Assembly (NCBI GenBank): GCA_000004985.1
Contig: GG738872.1
From: Naegleria gruberi
Taxonomy: Eukaryota
Direction: 5' to 3' (one strand)
DNA: 64,000 nucleotides
The notes beneath the pieces were generated by a model. The model did not search any database. It was not told where the DNA came from and was given only the letters and a program-made list of their open reading frames with translations. Every line of letters starts with the position of its first letter. The stretch's first letter is position 1. Positions 55,301-64,000 of the stretch are shown here, piece after piece. The translations under genes were made by a program, and so were the position numbers.

Positions 55301-58179
55301 CAAAATTCTTCCAATCCCTCCAAAAGTATAAGGAATTAGCAAAGATTCCACTACTTTTGAGTTTAATGATTCAAGAATACAAGCAAAATAAGGAATTACC
55401 AGATATTAGATCAGTTCTGTATGACCATGCTTGTGAAACAATGATTTCAGTCTATATCGATAAGGTCAGACCACATACTACCAAACAAGAGAGAAGAGAT
55501 TTATTCGAAATGCTCTATGCTGTTGCAAGTATTTTACACGACAATACTAAACGTTACTTTACGAGTGCCTATATTGAAAAGCACCTCCAGGAAATTACTA
55601 CCATCGTAGACTTGGAGGCCTCAGCCAACAATAGTGTAACAAATGGAAGTCAACCACCACTCTCCTCTCAGTCAATTACCAATGCAAACAATCTTACAGC
55701 TAACGAATCTGGTACAAACTTTTCATCAAGTTCCAGTGAACCAAGTAGAAATGTATACGAAACTTGGAAGACTTTCCATCAAGATATCGATGATGGACAT
55801 TTCCCGCTCATTATTCGATTGGGTAACAATTATTCATTTGCCCACTTGTCATTCCAGGAATATTTCGTTGCCAAAGTGTGGAGTGATGCTAGGAGAGTTT
55901 CAAGAATTAGAGAACAAAAGAAGGGTCGTTTGAATTTCTTCTCGAGAAAGAAGGAAAATCTTCCAATCGTATTTTCCTCAGAAACTAAGAAATTAATTAT
56001 TGATCCATGGTTCAGAGAAACTTTCTTAATCTGTGCTGGATCAATGTCTAGAGATGATTTCAATGAATTTATCAATTACTTGTCTGAAAACTTTAAAAAG
56101 AGTTCTGCCATTGATAATTTACTTCTCCAAATGATTAGAACTGAAAGACCAAGTGATGAGAGGGATCAATACAGTGAAATTGAAAAGAATATTACAACAC
56201 AAAAGAAGTTGAAGAATATGATTTTGGAGGGTTTGATTCACGACTCTTCAGTTTTGAGAGAAATGACAACCAAGAGAGTTGCTCTCTATGAGAGTGACTT
56301 GACCAATGTTATTGCATACTTGTTGAAAGTTGTGACCAAGAATAAGGATAAGACCAAATCAGCCACCCACAGCTTGCTAGATATCTTCCAACAATTGAAA
56401 GACGATAAGGAATTCAGATATAGAACTACCAAACGATTGATTGAATCACTTGCTGACAAACAGTGGAAGATTGGAGAGCAATCAGTCATTGCACTCTTAG
56501 CAATTGCTGAGAAGGAAGATACGAGAATTACTAAAAAGTTGTGGACTCTCATGACCAAGCCACCAATTGAAGTACAAGTCAGAGCATGTTATGCCATTTC
56601 AGTCTTGGCTAAGAGGGGAGACTCCAAGTTTATTAACAAGTTTATGGAGATTTTACTCTCAGAGACAATCAAGGAAGGTCGATATATGGACAAGATGATT
56701 GAGAGCTTGACAAATATTTGTGTCAGGGCAGATGAAATTGTCCTCTCACAAATCAGATCCAACATTAAACAAGCCCAGAACAAGCTCATTCGACACGGAT
56801 TGATTACTGCCCTAGGAAAGATCTCAGCTCCAGGTGATAAGCAAACAATCAAGTTACTCGTTCAAATTCTTTCAAAGGAAAAGTCATCCGATACACTAAC
56901 CTTTGTTGTAGATGCTCTCAAGATGGTTTGTGAAGCGAGAGAAACAACCAACTTGTCCATTGCAATCAAACTCCTCAAGGATCACATTGCATACAGACCA
57001 GATAAGTCTCTACGTGAGGAATACGAAGAATACGAATTTAGTTTCAATGATTTGAATCAAAAGATTATGGAACTCATTCAAGCACTATTGTTGGGCAGAG
57101 AATACTCCAAAAGAGATACCAAAGATATGAGCTTATATGTGAAAGGATTGACTGAACAATTGAATAAGGATAGTAATTTTAAGAAACTTGTTTATGAGCT
57201 CTATGACACCATGTTCACTTTGGCAATTACTGGAGATTCTCAAATAAGAAAGACAACTGTATCTACATTCTCAGCTATGGTTGACCATAATGATGAAGAA
57301 TTGCTAACCTTTATTTTTGACAAGATCAAAAACGACCTTCTCAAGAATATCATGACTGAAGACAAATCTATGGAAATCACAACAGTTATTTTCCTTTTGG
57401 GTGTTGTATTTGCCAATACAGCCAATTCTCAGGCCATTAATGTACTTTTAGAATTGTTAGAATCAAACAGTTCGAATGCTTACTTACTTGGAGAGATTTT
57501 CACAGCCATGGGTAATGTTGCTCCACGCAACGATACCTTCCTTATTGAGATGATGACCAAATATTTGGAAATGGAAAAGGATGCCCACATGCAAGAGAAG
57601 GAATTGTGGAAACTCAAATCGAGAATCATCTCTGCCTTGGAAAATATTTGTCTGAGGGAGGAGAATAATGAAAGACTAGTTACCAAGATGCTCCAATTGT
57701 TGGAAGTGTGTCCTCAAAAATTTTCACATACATTCAAACCAACTTGTATCAAGGCAATTGGAAGACTCTTAAAGAAGGGAGAAAAAGATGCCATCAACAA
57801 ATTGGGACCTTTGGCAGCTGATAAGGATAGTTTCATTAGAAAAGCAGTTGCTTATACTTTGGGATTGATTTCAGATAAGGCCAATAAGAATGCAGTTAGA
57901 GTATTGAAAGATATGTTAGAAGATGAAAATGCAGAAGTTAGACAAGAAGTTATTGAAAGTTTGGGTAAAGTAGCAGATTTAGAGCAGTTGGTGACTTCAC
58001 TCAAGGCCAACATTTCTGAAACTATTAGAACAGCACTTTTCCAAATGATTATCTATCAAATTAGAGAATCGAGACAAGAAAATCCAAAGTTTTCACTTCC
58101 TTCCAAGCAAGTGAAACATTTAGAAAGTTTGAATTGCACAGAAGCCAGATTCATTCTGTTGGAGAATTACAGCGTGTGA
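52371..58179 (+). CDS. Protein kinase / NACHT (STAND P-loop NTPase) / HEAT-repeat multidomain protein, NLR-like; four exons (52371-52437, 52563-52773, 53170-53350, 53425-58179), about 1740 aa
   Basis: The kinase domain is split over exons 1-4. Motifs: LGSGAEGLVYL; LFAIKMI...EKIKKEVDLVRKF; FFVMEY|C|DKGSLETII; VYIHNQQIVHRD|LKPANLLF; DFGFTK; GTIQYMSPE. The introns are 52438-52562 (phase 1), 52774-53169 (phase 2) and 53351-53424 (phase 0). NACHT motifs: Walker A LILGSAACGKTCMMKRL, Walker B GRLLLLLDGLDEGGE, sensor ILTTSRV, IPLLLSLM. The C-terminal 600 aa are HEAT / PBS-lyase-like repeats, for example LIRHGLITALGKISAPGD and DSFIRKAVAYTLGLISDKAN...DENAEVRQEVIESLGKVAD. Confidence 0.8.
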
Positions 58180-58272
58180 CGAGTGAAATAAACACCTATG
58201 TCATTTCCTAGGTGGTTTCCAACAAGTGCTTCCAACAAATAAACTTAAAATTTACATCAACAAATTTATAAA

Positions 58273-60473
58273 TTATGGATTTTCTTCCAAGTCCTTCAAT
58301 ATTGTTGTGATTGAGTCGTATGTTTCTTTTGTGAGTAATTGTGCTTTGGATTGGTAGATCACAAAGGCCTTTAGGGCAATAATTAGAGAAATGAAAGAGT
58401 TTTCAGGAAGGTCTTTCTTAATGGATTCCCTGTTAGCTTCGTGATCCTTGCACAAACAACCAATAAGAATTGCCAAATAAGAAGTGATGATATTATCTTC
58501 CGTATGTTTAAGACTGCTTCTCAAATCACCCTTCTTTTCATTTTCTTTCTTTTCAGTCGAAACTAAATCCACAATCTCCGCAGCTGCATTGTCACTTCTT
58601 TGGGAATCAGTTGTTGCTTGCTCTGCTACATTAACTGTTTCATCCTCATCTTTGTAGTCTTGTTTGGCATAATATTCCTTGAATAAATCTATTAAAAATT
58701 GTAATAATTTCTTAGTCTTTCCTCTAAATTCAAACTCTTTTGGAATAGGGTAAGAAAAACGTTTTCTCAATACTTACTGAAATTTCTTATTAGCTCTCGA
58801 TTAGTCCAGCTACTATCTGTCATGTTTGAAAGTAAGGCCAAAGACATTGTGAGAATGTCGAAATGTTGTGTATAACTTGAGGCTAAAACAGAACACACTC
58901 CAGAAATACCATTTTCTTCGGCAATTTTGTTGCAAATATCATTATTACAATTGCTGATATTTGTCAAAAAACGTAAAGTGATGAGGGTGCAATCCAACAC
59001 TGGATGGCCATCTTTAAGCTCGCTCAATAAAGATTTGTCTATTTGAAAATGGTAAACCACAAATAATATTCCAAGATCCACTTACTGATTGGTGTCAGAC
59101 AATTCAATAATCTAATAAGAGCAGGTAAGAAATAGTTCCAAGCCTCAGCATTCTTACTTGGGTCTGAAGAGGCATACTTTGTCACAATTCCATTCTTTTC
59201 CAGCATTTTAATACAGTTACACATATCACCAGATATTAGATCATCTCGTTCTTGTTCTAATATTGCCAATAGGCAAGGTACTAATCGCTCTATTGTTTCT
59301 ATACTATTCGATTTAACAAATAACAGGGTTGGTTTGTTCTTGGTTATAAATTCTTCCTTATTGGATGATTGGTGATACTTCAATTCAAAGTTGTAATGCT
59401 CGTAATTTACAATATTTACCATGGCAGATAGAGCCAAGGAAATGGTGGTCTTCTCGAATGTTTTAATGTTGGCATCCTCATCTACTACCTTTTCTTGCTC
59501 TTTTTGAGCTTTCTTTGGTGAGCCTGCTTTGAGAGCTGCCATTCTTGTTCGTTTGGTTCTTTTGATGGAATCCAAGTTTGAAGTTTGTTGCCACTTTAAC
59601 ACATGGTGCTGTTTGATAATTTCATGGAGTGTGACGAATGAGGTTTCAGTTGCATATTCAGCATTCAGAGGATCTTTAAGGAGAATCCCTATAATTTGAG
59701 CAGCTGTCAATGAAAGTAATTGTTGCTTTTCAAAATCAATGACTGTGCATAGAGTTTCAACCATAGACTTAACCATGGAGTGACTAGGGACATTATTGAA
59801 TAAATAATGAAACAAATTCTTATCAAACTTACGCTCTGAGGAAAATTCCCAAATCATTTCCTTCCTGTGAAAACATTTGTGCAAGTGAGCTAGCACTTGA
59901 ACATTTAATATCCAAAGATCTAGAATTGAGTCCACCTAAATAGTTTAAAATACTCTCCTTCTTATCCAACTCCTTTCCTGAAACCTTAATTGAAGTTGAT
60001 GACATTCTCTTTTGTTTTTTGAGTGCTCTAATTTCCTTTTCTCCATATTCATCTTCTGATGAAGAATAATCAAAAACGTCATCAAAAAGATCATCGGAGA
60101 AGAAGTTATCCTCAGCAGATGATGATTTCTTTCCTGGTGATTTTGAATTTGGTGTTTTTGGAGTTTTTGGTGTGCCAACTTTTGGACTCTTGCTTGGTGT
60201 TGATTTTGATGAAGATGGTTTCGGACTCTTCTTTGGAGTTGATGGTAATTTTGATTGTGATGATGAATCAAGGCTTGAACGTTTCTTTGTCTTTTCCTTC
60301 AAAGTTTCATCAAATACATTCTCACCGAAAATGTCATCATCACTCTTTCTTCTGGTACGTTTCTTCTTCTTTTCATCATCACTGTTAATATCATTGAAGA
60401 GGGAGACTTTTTTCGAGTTGGGTGAACTCTCCACTTTGACAAGCACTGGATTCTTCTTTTTAAACGTCCTCAT
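58273..60473 (-). CDS. Helical-repeat (ARM/HEAT-like) protein with a K/S/P-rich disordered N-terminus, four exons (60473-59833, 59783-59086, 59038-58778, 58736-58273)
   Basis: Four minus-strand ORFs join through three canonical GTAAGT...YAG introns of 49, 47 and 41 nt, with phases consistent (phase 2, 1, 1). The N-terminus carries basic SPKK/TPK repeats and acidic FxD motifs (DIFGENVFDE, NFFSDDLFDDVFDY). A possible cohesin-regulator (WAPL-like) identity is speculative. Confidence 0.5.
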
Positions 60474-60704
60474 CTTTTTTACAATATTAAATTAAATTAA
60501 TTCTTGTTGTTAAATATTTCTTCCGAAAATGTTGATTGATCCGATTCGAGAAGCTATGCAGAAGAATTATTGTTATTTTTTTCTATATTTTTTGGGAATC
60601 GACGAGTTTTGGCGCCAAACATTTTTAAATATTTTTGTAAACATTAAAGATTATAATAGCATTAATACAACATCATTCAAACATCAAGGAACAACATTAA
60701 AAAA

Positions 60705-62309
60705 ATGCAACAAACTTCATCTCCTTCTGCCTTCACCCAACATCACCACTATTCCCTTCAATCGGTTCAAGTTTCTTCCTTTGATTTATCCAAGAGAGCC
60801 GTCGAAAGTGGTCGAATGGATCCCGAGAAATTTGACCAAGAATTTTCTTCAAATCCTTCATCAGCTTCATCTTTAAATGAATCAAATGATTTGATTGGAC
60901 AATCAATTCCAATTTTTGAAACTTCCTTCCGAAGGGATCGTTATCAGAAAATTGTTGAACAAAAAGGATCGAGTTTGAATTTGTGGCCAAATTTTGCAAA
61001 GTGTATGTTTTTTAGAATCGAGTGATGAGGAATTTAATATTTGTGTCGATTCGGATGATGTGATGGAATTTGTATTAATATGAATTTTTAATCGAATGGA
61101 AAATTTGTTGGTGGGTTTTTTAGTTTATCAAGCAAGAGATTTTAAAGCTGGAGAATATAAAACGAGTAAGTTTTAGGAATTAATGATGTAGGAATGGCTA
61201 ATGGATGAAATAGTTATTGAAATTGATTGTAAAACTTCAGAAAGTGTAAGTGTGATTTGGTAGTTTATTCTGATTGACTGATTGTTTCGAATAGCCATCA
61301 TCATTCTTAATGTATTTCATGTCTAGATTCAATTCATACTCTCATAAATATGTAGTTCCAATCCTAGACACATACATTACAAAGAATTCCTGTTGTATTG
61401 TTACTCCTTACTACACTCAGGGAAGTATGCTTCGTTTACTCAAGACAAGATTGGAAAAGCAGAAATTCCTCAAAATTCAACAAATTTTGTGCTATTTTTC
61501 TCAATTATTGGAAGCTATTAATTATATTCATACTAATTTAAAGACAACTGTATGTATTGGAATGATTGAAAAATATGTAACCAATTTTTTATCCATATTT
61601 ATTCGAATTGGATGGCATAATACACTGAATCAACATAAAGATGTATGGTGGAATTTCCTTAGATAACATTTTTATGGATGAAACTCTGGAGAATATTTCC
61701 TTGGGTTATGTTGGAATTCACATTCATACCATGAATTTATATCTGAACAATTATTTCAACAAGTCAGAATTGTCCATGCTTGGTGGAGCCAACTTGTTGC
61801 AATCAAAATCAGAAACGACCTATAATTCCAATAACTCTTCTGATGATCTCGATGAAAAGCAAGTTGATAATCCAGAACAGCTCACTAAAAACGATGAAAT
61901 TAAGGAAATTATTTCCAAATCCTCAACTACAAATGAAGAACTAGCTGGATGGCAATATTTGGATGTTTATGCTTGTGCCATTTCAATTTATCAATTAGTG
62001 ACACTCTCCCTTGATATGTCCTCTGAGGAATCTCAAAATATTGACAAGAACTCAATTCAAGCCTCTTATACCTATCAATTAGTAAGAACTTTGCAACAAC
62101 AGCAACAATTATCAGAAGAAGAATTATCATATTGGAAGGAATATATCAAAAATAAGATTGGAAGAGTATATCACAATAAGAAACTCATCAATTTATTAAC
62201 TGAAATGCTCAATATCAGTCAATCCAAATTAACAGCTCAAATGTGCATCAAATTACTGAAAGAAATTCCACCAGAAGACGATGACGATGAAGAAAATGCT
62301 CACTACTAG
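60705..62309 (+). CDS. Pseudokinase-like protein, multi-exon. The 3' exons 61295-61549 and 61641-62309 are confident. The 5' exons between 60705 and 61294 are unresolved.
   Basis: Kinase subdomains IV-VIa are recognisable (HKYVVPILDTYITKNSCCIVTPYYTQGSMLRLL...INYIH). The catalytic loop reads MYGGISLDNIFMDE instead of HRDLKPENILLDE. The DFG equivalent is LGY. A 91-nt GTATGT...AAAG intron (61550-61640, phase 0) links the two 3' exons. The C-lobe is helical (WQYLDVYACAISIYQLV). Confidence 0.5.
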
Positions 62310-62561
62310 ATATTTTCCAATTCAATATTCGATTCCTTCATATGTAACAATTCTTTGATTTGAATTTAACACAAAAATCTTGTAAATATATTAAATCTGC
62401 TGCTGCCTGCTGCTCTGTGTCTCGACCAATTATTCTCACTAAATGAACAAATCGGTTCATCATTAAAATTGCAACCTCACCAAACACTTTTATTGTAAAC
62501 TTCATCATTTCATGCTAAAAGTAGAACATTGAAAAGTTCCAACAAACAAACACAAATAAAA

Positions 62562-64000
62562 ATGAGCGATTACGATGATGAAGACTTGGAATTTGCCATT
62601 GATGATGAGGAAATTGAAATGACGCCAGGTAAGTGGGAGAATTGTTTGCTAATGTGTTTGTGTTTGTCGGTTATTAAAAGGTACTGGACAATCCTATCGA
62701 TTTGATGAAGATGATGCCTTCATGATCGATGATGAAGATGGTACAGCCTACGATGGACAAGAGTTTGATGCAAAGGATGTTGAATATGTAATTCTCACCC
62801 AGGAAGAAATTGTTCAAGAACAAGAGAAGGAAATTGCTCGTATTGTGGAGATTGTTGGAGTGACTGATACATCGGCAAAAGTCTTGTTGAGAAAGTGTGG
62901 TTGTAAGTTTCTTCAAGTTTGATATTATTCATCAAAATGATCAATCTTATAATAATACTAATCAATAATACAATTAAATAGGGAAGGCAGAAAGAGTAAG
63001 TTAACAATATCTAGGAATAATAGTAGTCATAGTATTATAATAATAATTATTTACAATTTGATCATCAATATTAGGTTTTAAATATTTTCTTCGAGAATGG
63101 AAAGGAAGGTCTTTTGAAAGCAGCAGGTTTGAGTGAGAATGATCTTCGTGATGCTGACAGTTTGAAAGTATCGGGATGTGAAACATTTGAATGTCCACTC
63201 TGTTATGATGATGTACCTGCTGATCAATGTACAAAATTACCAGCTTGTTCTCATGCTTTTTGTAATAATTGTTGGAAGGCACACATTGAAAGTAAGATCA
63301 AGGAAGGAAAATTACAAATTCTTTGTCCTGAACTTGGATGTGCTTGTATTGTTGATGATGATCTTATTAGTCAATTTGCTAGTTCTCAAAATAAGAAGAA
63401 ATTTGATGCTAAATTTATTGAATCCTATGTTGAAGACAATGTTAGTATTAAGTGGTGTCCATCTGCACCTTGTTGTGGAAGATGTGTCCGAGTTAATGTA
63501 CCTCACACTACACCACTTGAAATTGATTGCAAATGTGGATGTTCATTCTGTTTCAATTGTTTGAAATTCCCACACTTACCAGCTACTTGTAATATGATGA
63601 CTGCTTGGACTGTAAAATGTCAAAATGATAGTGAAACATTTAACTGGTTGGCTGTAAATACAAAAGATTGTCCAAAATGTCACACTCCAATTGAAAAGAA
63701 TGGTGGTTGTAACCATATGCATTGTCATAAATGTCAACACCACTTTTGTTGGGTTTGTTTATGTGATTTCAATCACACAACATACCAACACTCTTGCGGA
63801 AGATTTGAAGAAAAGAATACTGAAAATGCCAGAGTCTCTTTGGAAAGATATTTGCACTACTATAACAGATATAAAGCTCACGAAGATTCAAGAACTAGAG
63901 AAGAAAAGACCAGAGAAGTAATCAAGAAAAAGATGGTTGAAATGTTTGAATTGAGGCCAAACTCTGCTTGGATTGAAGTTCAATGGGTTGAACAAGCCAT
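62562..64000 (+). CDS. ARIH1: Ariadne-family RBR E3 ubiquitin ligase (ARIH1-like), 5' partial within the window; exons 62562-62628, 62681-62902, micro-exon 62982-62995, 63075-beyond 64000
   Basis: Acidic N-terminus, then a UBA-like segment (...SAKVLLRKCGWKAERVLNIFFENGKEGLLKAAGL) assembled across a 14-nt micro-exon. RING1 follows (CPLCYDDVPADQCTKLPACSHAFCNNCW), then IBR (WCPSAPCCGRCV...CKCGCSFCFNC), then RING2 (CPKCHTPIEKNGGCNHMHCHKCQHHFCWVCL), then the start of the Ariadne domain. The frame is open to the window end. Confidence 0.85.

Noticed and set aside
60529-60876. 115-aa plus-strand ORF upstream of the pseudokinase gene
   Set aside because: Starts at TTG, lies in the promoter region shared with the minus-strand gene ending at 60473, and has no motif. 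Probably non-coding.

Overview
This window is AT-rich eukaryotic nuclear DNA, not a prokaryotic locus. It is gene-dense, with about 33 protein-coding genes on both strands and two Pol III tRNA genes (tRNA-Gly-GCC and tRNA-Glu-TTC). It uses the standard genetic code: TAA, TAG and TGA all terminate long ORFs. Many coding regions carry low-complexity poly-N, poly-Q or poly-S tracts. Spliceosomal introns are canonical (GTAAGT/GTATGT...YAG) and mostly very short, 32-91 nt, with one of 206 nt and one possible 396 nt intron. Several starts in the ORF track are TTG/CTG/GTG, so I moved those starts to the first ATG where it was obvious. The source is probably a protist or early-diverging fungus, and I cannot name it. 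The genes that carry annotated products are: an SH3 / acyl-CoA-synthetase-like adenylation / PCP / thioester-reductase fusion; a GPI ethanolamine-phosphate transferase (PIG-N/Mcd4); a Spartan/SprT protease; TFIIH p52; PNO1; an amino acid transporter; a GH1 beta-glucosidase; a LigB-type extradiol dioxygenase; NDUFS4; a Nudix hydrolase; a TOG-domain protein; and an ariadne RBR E3 ligase that runs off the 3' end. The rest are hypothetical or low-confidence calls. The most unusual locus is a four-exon gene for a protein kinase fused to a NACHT (STAND) NTPase and C-terminal HEAT repeats, an NLR-like architecture; a degenerate pseudokinase gene lies close by. Other notable points: a 14-nt micro-exon in the ariadne gene; a Q-rich giant protein with a catalytically dead caspase-like domain; an HNH-motif acidic protein; and a divergent pair consisting of the acyl-reductase megasynthase and an SCP2-like lipid carrier. 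All calls come from reading the sequence and motif recall. No database searches were run. My hand-counted exon boundaries may be off by a base or two.
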